From positions 1-41,172 of the forward strand of contig MRSU01005165.1 of the NCBI GenBank assembly GCA_008369845.1: 41,172 bases of DNA. Direction: 5' to 3'. Position numbers and translations under genes: made by a program. Positions within the stretch are counted from its first letter, which is position 1. Each line of letters begins with the position of its first letter. This DNA comes from Trichomonas gallinae. Lineage: Eukaryota. The notes below the pieces were generated by a model. It did not search any database. It was not told where the DNA came from and saw nothing but the letters and a program-made list of their open reading frames with translations. Below, one piece after another: positions 10,011 to 20,693 of this stretch.

Positions 10011-13000
10011 ATGGATTCTGTTGTTTTTTCTGCACATGATAATGCTGATCGCATTACAAAAGGCAAGAAAAACAATCCACATAATAATGGAACAAAGTGG
10101 TATCATAAATTACCAACAAGTCTATTATTAACGTTCCGAAGACTTGCAATTTGGTATTATTTAATTATTTTCTTAATTCAACTATTCATTCAAACTTCAA
10201 TGCGATTCACTATGACATTAGTTCCATTATTAATTACGATTTTCGGATCTATTATTATCGATCTAGTTCATTATAAAAGAAGAAAGCGAAATATCGATAG
10301 AATTAATAAGTTAAATTGCACAGTATACAGAAATAATGATTGGGTTGATCTAACATGGGGTGAAATCCAAAGAGGTGATATCATCAAGATGCGAAATAAC
10401 GATGTGGCACCTGCAGATTTAGTGCTTCTATTCACATCAGATGGTCAGCCTATTTCTGCGGAAACACACATCATTGATGGTTCGACACAATTAAGTCCAA
10501 GATATGGTCCTGAACTCTCTGAATTACTACACGAAAACACACTACTTAACTCAACATTCACAATTAGTGAAATTACGAGAACTTTGTTCGTTGAACCAAA
10601 TACAGCAAAAGCACAAGTGACATCAAAATATAATTTCAACGCTAAAATCGATCTGGGAACAAAACAATACGAGCTTACTAATAAGAATTTCATTGAAAGA
10701 TATTCTTATACATATCATAGCGGATATATTCTCGCAGGTGTCATTTTCACAGGTGATGACTGCTGGACTGTCAAAAATACACCATATTCAACTAAATTTT
10801 CGATGCTTGAAAACAGTTTGAATGATTCGAATTTGATGTTGATGGGATTTTCGATTTTAATTGCTGTTGCAGCTTCCTTGTTATCACTTCTTTTCATCCC
10901 AGAGTTTAGATCGTGGCCATTTGAATCCGAAATGAAAACTTCTGATTATTTCTTAGAAAATCTTTGGAACTACTTGGTTATTCTAGCACCAATATCTCCA
11001 CTCGAAATATATCCACTCCTTGACCTTATTTTCATCATAAATTCTCATTTGATTATGAAATCAACAAAGAAATCGACAATAACTAATTCAAGAGTCATAG
11101 ATGAAATGTCTCATGTTGATGCTATCATCACATCTAAGTCAATGCTCTTAGAACACAAACCAACACTCAAAAGAATTTATCTCAACGGAAAATCATATGG
11201 TATGGACATAACAACTCGCCAACTTAGTCAAAATATCGAGAATGACCTTCTTCAGAACAGAACAATGATGAGCCAATTTTATGATTCATCACTTCGTCCA
11301 GATGAGTCAAATCATATGTTCTTCTTATCACTCACGCTCTGCCATTCAGCTTCCATCGTTGGAACTTCTGCATCATTTAATTATATTTCAAGATTCCCTG
11401 ATGATGAACATCTCTTGAGACTTGCAGCTGTGAACGGCTATATTTTGATGGGACGTAATGAAAATGAGTCTATGGTGCGTATAAACGGAAAAACTAAAAG
11501 ATTCAAGACAAAAAGAATTATCCATTCATCATTAAGACATCCACGCATTTCAATCATCGTAGAAGATGAACAAGGAACAATTTTATTGTTCACTCGCGGA
11601 GTTTACAAGACAATGATAAATATCGTCGACGATAACGAAAAATGCGTTCCAATATATGATGCTTATCATGAAGAAGGTCTCCATGTTGAAACAGCAAGTT
11701 ACCAGTATCTAACTCCAGCACAATATCAACAATTCGAGGAGAAAATGTTAGAGTTTGGCGAAGGAAATGTTGACTTCGAGTTTTCTGTTGTAGAGTCGAT
11801 TGAAAAGCACTCAGTTCTATTAGCTATGCTCGGCTTCGAAGATCAGCCACGTGATGGTGCACTTCTGTTCCTTGCGCGCGCGAAAAGCGGCTGCAACCAG
11901 ATAGTTTTGTCATCGCAATCTAAAGGAACTTCATTGATCATCACTGGCATCGCTCTTGGCTTGATTAACTTAGGACCAGTTGTAGGAACAATCAAAGGTC
12001 CAATCATCGAAGATGTCGAGATTTCCATATCTTATGTCCTCGAGCAAGAGAATTATGATGTCTTGATTATATCCGGAGCATCAATAGAATTCCTGATACA
12101 AAGCCAATATGCTTTTGAAGTCGCACAACTTATCAAGCGCACGAAAGTTATCATTTTGCAGCGTGCTGATCAACTTCAAGCTTTACAGTTCATACAATAC
12201 CTCCAAGATGTCACTAATCAATGCGTACTAGCTGTCGGACACTCAATCTACGACTCTGTTTACATGTCAGGCGCAAATGTATCATGCGCAGTTGCTGCGA
12301 ACGATATACAGCCATGCTCTGTTACAGCAGACATCGTTGTAAACAATTTCGAAGATCTTTGTGATGTTGTCTTTATACATGGTGTCTGGCTGAGGGAAAG
12401 AATAAGAGGATTCGTGAATTATATTATTCCAAGGAATATTGTTGTTGCATTATTATCTGTTTGGTATGGAGTTTTCTGCTGCTTCTCCGGCACGCCAGTG
12501 TTCCGTGAAGGCGATTATTTCGCGATGATGTACTTCTTCACGCTAGCGCCAATATTATCACGCGCCATATTCAACACGAAGGAGCACATGTTCACACTTC
12601 TTTCTAATCCATCTTTCTACAAAGACGACAATGAACCAATTTTGTCAAAGAAGAGAATTTCTTTCTCATTTTTGGGATCTTTTATGATTTCTGCTGCACT
12701 TTTATTCATTGCTGCTTTAGCTACAAATAATATTGGAACATTTAGATCAACAATATCACTACCCCACTTTTCACATGTATTAATATCATGCGTTGTTTTC
12801 GGCTGCTTGGGTTTCGTTTTACCAACATTTGATACGTGGAACATCATCCACCATTCGATTGTTTGGGGCACCCAGATCATGTTTTACACTACATACAGAC
12901 TGGCCACAGAGTTCGAAATCGTTGGAAGGATACATGGTGTTACACATGTTGTTTATTCGCGTGTTGAATCTGTTTTGCTTATGATTATTTCTCTTTTCAT

Positions 13001-13085
13001 GGGAATGTTCCTTTCTGCATCGCTAGTTATATTCAAGAAGATCGTTGCAAAGAGGAGAGAATTTTCTATTAAGAGATCTGTGTAA
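10011..13085 (+). CDS. P4-type ATPase (phospholipid flippase)-like protein with degenerate catalytic motifs
   Basis: WGEIQRGDII..PADLVLL, ETHIIDGST, PISP, LTLCHS, GFEDQ and VFIHG, with about 10 TM helices, align with P4-ATPase architecture. DKTGT reads SKSML and GDGxND reads GHSIYD. Confidence 0.85.
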   Translation: MDSVVFSAHDNADRITKGKKNNPHNNGTKWYHKLPTSLLLTFRRLAIWYYLIIFLIQLFIQTSMRFTMTLVPLLITIFGSIIIDLVHYKRRKRNIDRINKLNCTVYRNNDWVDLTWGEIQRGDIIKMRNNDVAPADLVLLFTSDGQPISAETHIIDGSTQLSPRYGPELSELLHENTLLNSTFTISEITRTLFVEPNTAKAQVTSKYNFNAKIDLGTKQYELTNKNFIERYSYTYHSGYILAGVIFTGDDCWTVKNTPYSTKFSMLENSLNDSNLMLMGFSILIAVAASLLSLLFIPEFRSWPFESEMKTSDYFLENLWNYLVILAPISPLEIYPLLDLIFIINSHLIMKSTKKSTITNSRVIDEMSHVDAIITSKSMLLEHKPTLKRIYLNGKSYGMDITTRQLSQNIENDLLQNRTMMSQFYDSSLRPDESNHMFFLSLTLCHSASIVGTSASFNYISRFPDDEHLLRLAAVNGYILMGRNENESMVRINGKTKRFKTKRIIHSSLRHPRISIIVEDEQGTILLFTRGVYKTMINIVDDNEKCVPIYDAYHEEGLHVETASYQYLTPAQYQQFEEKMLEFGEGNVDFEFSVVESIEKHSVLLAMLGFEDQPRDGALLFLARAKSGCNQIVLSSQSKGTSLIITGIALGLINLGPVVGTIKGPIIEDVEISISYVLEQENYDVLIISGASIEFLIQSQYAFEVAQLIKRTKVIILQRADQLQALQFIQYLQDVTNQCVLAVGHSIYDSVYMSGANVSCAVAANDIQPCSVTADIVVNNFEDLCDVVFIHGVWLRERIRGFVNYIIPRNIVVALLSVWYGVFCCFSGTPVFREGDYFAMMYFFTLAPILSRAIFNTKEHMFTLLSNPSFYKDDNEPILSKKRISFSFLGSFMISAALLFIAALATNNIGTFRSTISLPHFSHVLISCVVFGCLGFVLPTFDTWNIIHHSIVWGTQIMFYTTYRLATEFEIVGRIHGVTHVVYSRVESVLLMIISLFMGMFLSASLVIFKKIVAKRREFSIKRSV

Positions 13086-13191
13086 TTTTATTTTTATATA
13101 AATAAATTTTTCTTATTGTGTTTGCTATTTATGAATTTTAAAGTAATATACATTTTACTAACATAATGAATAGATTAAAAAAACAGTTTTT

Positions 13192-13446
13192 TCATTGAGA
13201 TATTGCTGAAGAAAAGATTTGTTTGGCTGTTTGTATTTCTTTTATAATTTCTTTTGATTTATCGATTAAAGGAAGCATTGCATCGACTTGATTTTCATAA
13301 AGTTCGAGTTCATGTTCAATTTGCGACATTTGAGCTGAAAGTTCTTGTATTTGCTTTGAATCAATGGGACTACTGATTGCCATCTCAAGAGACAGCTGAA
13401 TGTCAAAGATTCTTTGACATAAATCTTCCATAACTGATGCTTCCAT
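13192..13446 (-). CDS. Small hypothetical coiled-coil protein (84 aa)
   Basis: ATG at 13446 in AAAAAATG context; heptad-like E/Q/L-rich sequence (MEASVMEDLCQRIFDIQLSLE...). Confidence 0.6.
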   Translation of the reverse strand: MEASVMEDLCQRIFDIQLSLEMAISSPIDSKQIQELSAQMSQIEHELELYENQVDAMLPLIDKSKEIIKEIQTAKQIFSSAISQ

Positions 13447-13479
13447 TTTTTTATTATAACGAACGTTTAAAAATACAAA

Positions 13480-13636
13480 ATTTGACAAATCAAATCAAAT
13501 CTGACAAATAAAAATAAATTACAACATATAAATTCTCATTTTTGACATATAAACTCTCATTTTTGACATATAACAATAAATTTGACAAATAGTAATAAAT
13601 ATGACAAGTAAATATTCGTTTTTTGACATAACGACA
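13480..13636. promoter_or_regulatory. Bidirectional promoter with ~20-bp periodic TGACA array
   Basis: TGACA at 13483, 13502, 13542, 13564, 13583, 13602 and 13624 (variant CAACA at 13522), between divergent ATGs at 13446 and 13640. Confidence 0.65.
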
Positions 13637-13639
13637 AAA

Positions 13640-15169
13640 ATGCAGAAGAAATCCGTTTTAACTTTAGCGAAGGAAAAACCTAAAATATTGAAGCCCAGCT
13701 TCTCTCCTAGGGCTCAATCAGCGACATCTAAGTCCGGAAGTTCGCTTTCTAGTAGACAAAAAGATCCATTAAAAGAATTATCGAATCAAAAACCAAACGA
13801 GAAATCTACAAAGCTTTCATTTCCATCAATGAAATTATTGAGATCAGTTAAAGAATCAGAAATCAAAGATTTATTGATATCAAAATGCAAAACAGCCCAA
13901 CAAAACGTAGACTTAAGTAGAGAAGATCTAGCAATCTATGCTACAGGCAAAGAGGGTTATTTATTTGATATATTAGAATCGTTACAAGATAAAAATTTCA
14001 AATTTCCGCAACTTCAAGAAGCATACGAAGCTGTATTTGGACTAGTCGCATTCTACATATTCAGAACAGTCAATACAATCCCAGATTTATGGAAATCTGT
14101 TCATGATGATTATTATTTTGAAATGGATACAATAACAGACCCTCAATGGCCACACAGAGTTATAATATATGATACTGCAATCGCTTTATTCAAAAGAAGT
14201 GATTTTGATATTAGTTTATGCAAATTATTAACAACAGATTTATTAAAACTAGTGGTTTATCTAATGCGAACACCAAATAAGGACGAACAAAAGAAACTAG
14301 CTGAACTTTATGTTGCAATGGTTCCAAAAATGGGAGAATTCAGGTATTTTGCACAAAGCGTCACAAGATCTGCTTTAGCAAGAGTTTCTGTTAATGATGA
14401 GAACTTTATAGCGGCTAAACCACTACTTCAAATAATTAGATCCCATGCAGAAGGATATAAAGTTCCATTAAAGAAAATTCATCGCAATTTCTATTTAGAT
14501 GTCATTCTTCCACTTCATAAGCACGAGCATTCCCATTATTTCTGGGCAGAATTGGTTGCTGCCGTTACAGCTTTTTTAGATAAAGATCCAACATTAACAC
14601 AGCCAACGTATGAGTTCATTATAGGCGTCTGGCCAAGATTATGCACAACAAAGCAGCTAGATTTCATTGATGAAATCGGAATTTTGGCTAGTTTTGTTCC
14701 AGATGATGAAACATCTAATATAACTAAAGTGCTTTTGCCCCAGTTTTGCAGGACAATTGTTGGTGTCAACACTTGGTCAGCAAAACGCGCACTTGCATTA
14801 TTCGATATCAATGACTTTGTCTGGTTGATGACTGAAGTTCCAGGTGATGTTTATCCTTCTTTGATTCCTTCGCTGTACGAGTGCGCTAAAATACACTGGG
14901 ATGATGATTCGAGGGCATTGGCACTAGCTTGCTTAAATGTTCTTCGTGATAATAATAGAAGAATTTTCTCTGTTGTTGGAAAAGCGATGAAAACACTAGA
15001 AAACCAGCGAATGCTTAATGATATACAACGTGCTCTCAAGTGGAAAGAGTTAATTGATCGATTTGAAGTATCAAAACGCAGAAAACTTCAAAAATATGAG
15101 ATTTTATCTTATATTTTCGATGGATGTGAAAGTTTAGCACCTGTTTTGCAAAAATCCAAAAAGCAGTAA
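13640..15169 (+). CDS. Protein phosphatase 2A regulatory subunit B' (B56 family), divergent
   Basis: DPQWPHRVIIYD, FYLDVILPLHK, FLDKDPTLT, WP..KQLDFIDEI, AKRAL and HWD match B56 repeats. Start taken at AAAAATG 13640 because the upstream ATG at 13601 falls within the TGACA array. Confidence 0.8.
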   Translation: MQKKSVLTLAKEKPKILKPSFSPRAQSATSKSGSSLSSRQKDPLKELSNQKPNEKSTKLSFPSMKLLRSVKESEIKDLLISKCKTAQQNVDLSREDLAIYATGKEGYLFDILESLQDKNFKFPQLQEAYEAVFGLVAFYIFRTVNTIPDLWKSVHDDYYFEMDTITDPQWPHRVIIYDTAIALFKRSDFDISLCKLLTTDLLKLVVYLMRTPNKDEQKKLAELYVAMVPKMGEFRYFAQSVTRSALARVSVNDENFIAAKPLLQIIRSHAEGYKVPLKKIHRNFYLDVILPLHKHEHSHYFWAELVAAVTAFLDKDPTLTQPTYEFIIGVWPRLCTTKQLDFIDEIGILASFVPDDETSNITKVLLPQFCRTIVGVNTWSAKRALALFDINDFVWLMTEVPGDVYPSLIPSLYECAKIHWDDDSRALALACLNVLRDNNRRIFSVVGKAMKTLENQRMLNDIQRALKWKELIDRFEVSKRRKLQKYEILSYIFDGCESLAPVLQKSKKQ

Positions 15170-15762
15170 GTTTTATGTCTTGTATTAATGAATTCATGCA
15201 AAATAGTTGAAATATTTTGAATTGTCGATTAAGCAATCAATTGTTATGAAAAACACAGCTTTTCAACAACAAATTAATGGAAGTTAAAATGTTTGTATCT
15301 TTAATTTAATCATTTATTAGTTTTTTTCGATAAAATATTATCATGTTTGAATTCATTATCTAAAATTACAGGCGATGTTTTATTTTTGAGGATTATATAT
15401 GATATCAAATAGTTAACAAGAAATTACAAATTTGATAATAAATTTTGTATATATGCAATAATATCAAATATAATTTAGTGTTTCTACTTATACACAACAT
15501 AAAACATAAATAGTGTTGAGTATTTTGTCTCATTATTAAAGTTGCCGTTTAAATTTAATATTGATCTTAATTTTGAGCTATTTTGAACTCTTTCCATTCA
15601 AAATTAATATATTAAGACATTCTACGATTCATAGGCAATTTCGGCAATAAAATGAAAAATAATTTTATTTAATTATAATAAAAAGAGGATAGTATTATAA
15701 TCAAGTATAATAAGCATATTTATATCGCAAATGGATAAAAGAATTAGTTGATATTTATATTT

Positions 15763-16248
15763 TTAATGTACAGAGCGAGTACCACCCTCAATGATATCAA
15801 TAAATTGAGCTTCTGAGATACGACCACTACCATCTGTATCAAAAGCATCGAACATCTCACGACATTCTTCATCTGTATATTCTAAGCCAGTTTCTTTAAC
15901 AATTGTCTTTAAGTCTTCGAGGTATATATATCCTGCAGCTTCTGTGCGCTGGAACATTTTGAAAATACGCTTAATTTCATCTATTTCGTCGCGTGTTTGC
16001 ATCTTGAGGAGAATAACTTTTTCAAAAGCCTTTCCATCGAGGTATCCAAGACCATTTGGATCATTCTCTTGCATTATCTGATTGATTTCTGCTGTTGTAA
16101 TGTCGAAACCCATCGCGCGAAGTCCGACTTTGAGTTCGTGGCGGTCAATTGTTCCGCTCTTATCAGCGTCGAATATATCAAAAACCTCACGAATCTCTGC
16201 CTTCATATCTGCATCAAGCATTCTTGCTGGATTCCTTCCGCGTGACAT
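15763..16248 (-). CDS. Centrin-like EF-hand protein
   Basis: [31 protein letters not shown] is centrin-typical. Four EF-hand positions, with EF2 and EF3 degenerate. Confidence 0.85.
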   Translation of the reverse strand: MSRGRNPARMLDADMKAEIREVFDIFDADKSGTIDRHELKVGLRAMGFDITTAEINQIMQENDPNGLGYLDGKAFEKVILLKMQTRDEIDEIKRIFKMFQRTEAAGYIYLEDLKTIVKETGLEYTDEECREMFDAFDTDGSGRISEAQFIDIIEGGTRSVH

Positions 16249-17043
16249 CAGTTATGAAATAGTTATTGTCACTTTTCAAAAATGCGTTTTTGTCGGTTTT
16301 CGATAAAAGTGCTGCTTCTTACATCGCGCATCTTATTTAGAGCCTGCAATCTTAGATATACATTTTAGACACCTATTTATGCATATATATGAAATATTAG
16401 CCAATAAAACTCTATTTTTTATTTATTTTTTTGTTGCAAACGTTCTAATGAAGATTGAGTCTTAATACTTGTACCACATAATCATTATATACATGTAATT
16501 ATAATTCTTGGTTTACTAAGATTTTTATCAAGGATATTTGGGGTTGAGAATATCCATTTTTCCAAATGCTTTGTTTGCCATTTCAGCCATGAAAAACAAA
16601 AATGTGCATAAGGTTAGTCATCACAGTGATGATGTCAAAGTTGAATTCGCTAACATGCAATATAACCTTATTTTTTAAAATGATTTTTTAGTGAGAAATT
16701 CTCAATATTGCAAACTTGATTTTTTTTTCCTGATCTTGTAGGCAGACTTGTTCCAAATTAAGGTTGTAGATACAGTATGACAATGAGGATTCAATGTAAG
16801 AAAATTTCAAAAAGTTATAAGAGATTCATGGAGTTTGAAGATTATGTTTTACGCTTAGATGTTTTTTAATGATTTGTCACTTTTCTATAAATATCTGACA
16901 ATCTGACATCGTAAAATCTCGGTATTTGACATCTAAATAATATGAGATGTTTTAATATTAAATTAAGTGGATATGAATATAATTTCATTATTTTAGTTTG
17001 GAAAAAATCGTTATAAAACAATTTTTTTTGTAGGAAATTTTTG

Positions 17044-18036
17044 ATGTTTGATAATTTTGTTCCGTATAAGACAAAAGAGCAAAAATTATCAGCACGCCGC
17101 TCGAATGACATGAAATACACATATAATTACAGAGAGGGGAAAATCCCATCTCCAGTTCTTTCTAGGAGAAAAGCAGCTGAATTAACAGTCCCTGCTTTAA
17201 CGATAGAAACAGATGTAAACACGAAAATCAAAAATGTTGAAAACATACTACGCGTTAGATCACCTAGACCGGTTCAGCATCACGTTTTAAAAGAGATACG
17301 TGATTCCGAAAAACGAATTAAACGTGTTAGAGCAGGCATATCAATTAATAAGGTATTTGCTGAAACATCAGAACCAATACCACTTCAAACAGTTCCAAAT
17401 TCCAATTTCATGTCTGAAGAAGAATCAATTCGCCCGTTTACGAGTTATATAGCTCCACAAATCGAACCAAGACCTCATTTATACAACGTACATCCTCCAG
17501 CTACAGCATCTGTTGGTGATAGAGCAGCTAACAGTGTTGAAGGAATTTTATATCAAATTACTGAAGATGATAGAAAACGCGATAACGAAATCATTACAAA
17601 CATCAACCGTCGAAATGCCCGTCGACTCAAAAATATTAAAGCACAATATGATAATTCGCTAAAATATGGAATGGAAGAAGCCCAGAAAAGAGCACGAAGA
17701 GGAGCAGCACTCAGTGCACTCAAAGAGAAACGCACTGAATATTGGTGGGCAGACTTTATTAATGAATTTCCAGTTGGCGACGTCTGTCCTGAGCAGCTTG
17801 TTATACTCAAGCATTTAACAAAGGCAACATTCACGGAACCAGGCATAATTGCCTTCATTCAGGAGGCAGATGCTAGGAATTGGTCAAATTACTATTTGAG
17901 AATTATAATGAAAGCTGCAAATGATCACGGACACTTCATGAATCCAATTCGTTTGGGAATGCTATTAAAATCTGGTCAAGAACACAAAATTTCAAGTCAA
18001 TTTTCAACAATTTCATTGTTGACTCTTAAAGTTTAA
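17044..18036 (+). CDS. Hypothetical protein (330 aa)
   Basis: Long ORF with coding-like composition; first ATG at 17044 (track start 17041 is TTG); stop in TAAA context. No family recognised. Confidence 0.7.
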   Translation: MFDNFVPYKTKEQKLSARRSNDMKYTYNYREGKIPSPVLSRRKAAELTVPALTIETDVNTKIKNVENILRVRSPRPVQHHVLKEIRDSEKRIKRVRAGISINKVFAETSEPIPLQTVPNSNFMSEEESIRPFTSYIAPQIEPRPHLYNVHPPATASVGDRAANSVEGILYQITEDDRKRDNEIITNINRRNARRLKNIKAQYDNSLKYGMEEAQKRARRGAALSALKEKRTEYWWADFINEFPVGDVCPEQLVILKHLTKATFTEPGIIAFIQEADARNWSNYYLRIIMKAANDHGHFMNPIRLGMLLKSGQEHKISSQFSTISLLTLKV

Positions 18037-18176
18037 ATCTACTTGTTTGTTTACAGTAAAGTATTGTTATTATTAATTTCCTGATTATATTAACATTTTT
18101 AATCAAATATTTTACATTAAACATAAAAAGTAGAGTTTCGCTACCAAGTATTATATAAACACGCTCAGTAATAATG

Positions 18177-18443
18177 TTATATTGGGATACCTCTCTTTGG
18201 TCCCTCGTTTCTGGCACCTTGCAATTTAATAAGCTCTGCAAGTTGTTCTGAAACATCGATAACCTTTTCATCTGAGTCAGAATCTGCTTCTTCGACTGGT
18301 TGCTGTAATGGTTCTGGCTCTTCGAAAGATGGTCCTTTCATGATTTTGCGAATAACAGCGGCCTCAGGAAGGTATTTATCTGTAGGAACATCTGGCTTAT
18401 GCTGGCGTAGTAATTCTCTGTAATGCTGAGATAATGGATTCAT
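18177..18443 (-). CDS. Small hypothetical protein (88 aa)
   Basis: GC-richer ORF with natural charged composition (acidic EEADSDSDE patch) flanked by AT-rich DNA. Confidence 0.65.
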   Translation of the reverse strand: MNPLSQHYRELLRQHKPDVPTDKYLPEAAVIRKIMKGPSFEEPEPLQQPVEEADSDSDEKVIDVSEQLAELIKLQGARNEGPKRGIPI

Positions 18444-18850
18444 TGATCAAAAAAAAAAATTTTAGCACTTTTTTTGGCAAATTTTCCTCACTTTTGAAAA
18501 TTTACCACCAACTTTGAAACTTATAAAAACCGGGACAAACCTGTTTAGGACCGGACAAAGTTGTCTAAATTACAGTTTAATTATTTATTGAGTTTTCTAT
18601 ACAACTTTGTTCGAATCTATACAACATATGGAGCTGATTGATAGATTTATCTGAGTATTCTTGGATAATTAATATTGATATATATATATATATATAAAAC
18701 TAGAATTAGTTAATTAAGAGGCAAACACATATATTTATATAAGTATTTTGCTTTGGAACAATATCCACTGGTAATTGCAAGTTCGAATTTTTTTCCTTCA
18801 ATTTTGACATTTGACAAATAATATAGATTTATTTGTCAAAAATTAAAAAA

Positions 18851-19594
18851 ATGAATCAACCATTTTCTGCACTTGATATTTCGAATGAAGATCACATATT
18901 CGAGCAAACCAAATATGTTGGAAAACCATGCCAAAGTAGTGTTTGTTTTCTTGCAGTTTCTCCAGAATCATCGAGTTTGATTTCAGCTTTAACAGAAGAA
19001 ATGAATCCTGTTGGTTTCTTTCTTATCGATATTAGCGATATATCAAATCCTGTTGATTATGCAAATGGTTCTGACTGCTCATTAATGTTTCTTAAATCAT
19101 TTCGAAATGAAGTTTTCAAATTGGGCGATATAACGTTAGTAAATTTCACCAATTACAGATCTAATCATCAAGAATACGCTCATCTAATATTGCAAACAGT
19201 TGCACCAAAAGAAATCTATGTTTTCGATGTATTAAGCAAAGAAATCGTCCAAGATTCAAAAGAACCAACAAAATTCTTCGAATTTACAAATATCACATCG
19301 AGTGATGCTAATATTTCATTTCCAATGCCAAATTCTGTTTCTGGAATTTCTGCATCAATAATTGCAGAATCATTCATACAAAACGAGCTATTGTTTAAAG
19401 TTTTACTTGTCGAAAAAGTTACGAAAACGATTCCACCGGACTCATTTAAAGAATGGACAAATATTGTTCTTGATAAAATCGACAAAGACAAAGCCTCCGG
19501 GCCATCTTCATGGCCTCTTCTATTTTTAGATGATGTTGTGAATCATGCACATCATAATCTTCTTGTTAGCCAAAATTCAAATATACCACAATGA
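18851..19594 (+). CDS. Hypothetical protein, possibly proteasome assembly chaperone 1 (PAC1/PSMG1)-like
   Basis: ATG at 18851 after an A-run. FPMPNSVSGISASIIAE and AHLILQTVAPKEIYVFD resemble PAC-family segments, and the length (~247 aa) fits. Family call is tentative. Confidence 0.55.
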   Translation: MNQPFSALDISNEDHIFEQTKYVGKPCQSSVCFLAVSPESSSLISALTEEMNPVGFFLIDISDISNPVDYANGSDCSLMFLKSFRNEVFKLGDITLVNFTNYRSNHQEYAHLILQTVAPKEIYVFDVLSKEIVQDSKEPTKFFEFTNITSSDANISFPMPNSVSGISASIIAESFIQNELLFKVLLVEKVTKTIPPDSFKEWTNIVLDKIDKDKASGPSSWPLLFLDDVVNHAHHNLLVSQNSNIPQ

Positions 19595-20693
19595 ATAATT
19601 GCATTTTAATGCCTTCAAACATTTTTATTCTATTCACTTCTAATAACAACTCAATTCCGATTAATATGAAATCAACTATATTTTAGCAATCAAATTTAAT
19701 AATTAATTAATTAAACATTGAAAAGAAAAAATTCGACCAGGGCATTCAGATCATTTACCATGCCAATAAGGACATCAAAGAGTTATAGACGAAAGTATTC
19801 GCAAATTGATATTACGAAGACGACAACAAAAAGAGCCATAATACCACCATGTTTTTCACCGTATCGAGCAATCAACTGAAGTGTCAGAGTTTACTTGATT
19901 TCAATAAAAAATATGATAAAATTCGTCACTTTTTAGAATAAAAATTAATTTTTCTTTATGTAATACGAGGAAACACTTTGATATAAATTAAATTTGCCAC
20001 TTTATCTCTTTTCAAAATATTCTATGTGTTCTCTCATTATTTTTCTTATCGCATTCAATATATGATATACTGCATTAATCATATAAATCAATTTTACATT
20101 AAATCGAAAAATAACCTTATCAATAAATTTAATTTTCAAAATCGAAAATAATACAGTTTCAAACTATACGGTGGTATATTATTGTCCAATAAGCTGTATT
20201 TGTATGTGTGAGTACCAAAAATCTCAGATATTCGTTGAAAATTATTGATTCAATTTGCTTCCTTTGGAGATTATTGGGTTCAGCAATGAAATCGATGAAT
20301 TTAGAACCAACACAAACGATATTCGAAGTTATTATAGATTAAATATATATTTTATGCGTCAAACCAAGAAATCAACGGCTTCTTATTCATTATTTTTCTT
20401 TATGCTTAAGCAAACAAGCTATAAAAACATTATGTTATTGTATTATGCTGACAAAAAGTGCGTTCAAGGACAACAAAAAAATTTAAAAAATACAGTCTTG
20501 AATAATTAGCCATTTTTCAACGGCAAACACACTAAAATGCTTAAAAGAAGCTGTATTTTATGTCTATTTTTATTTTGATGACAATTTTCATGTAAAGATT
20601 CAATTTCTCGCTATCGAACTATTTCTAGCTATTATAATGGATTTTGAAGTTTTATAAGAATTAAAATTTTGTCACTTTTCAGAGATTTTTTTC

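Noticed and set aside
13480..13636. CRISPR-like interpretation of the periodic arrays and 100-bp repeats
   Set aside because: Cores are only 5-8 bp or heavily degenerate, there are no unique 30-40 bp spacers or cas genes, and the context is eukaryotic.
16535..16660. Minus-strand fragment MAEMANKAFGKMDIL resembling a short-chain dehydrogenase piece
   Set aside because: Too short, with no GxxxGxG, NNAG or YxxxK nearby; cannot be distinguished from chance without a search.
18678..18696. (AT)9 microsatellite
   Set aside because: Ordinary simple repeat in AT-rich DNA.
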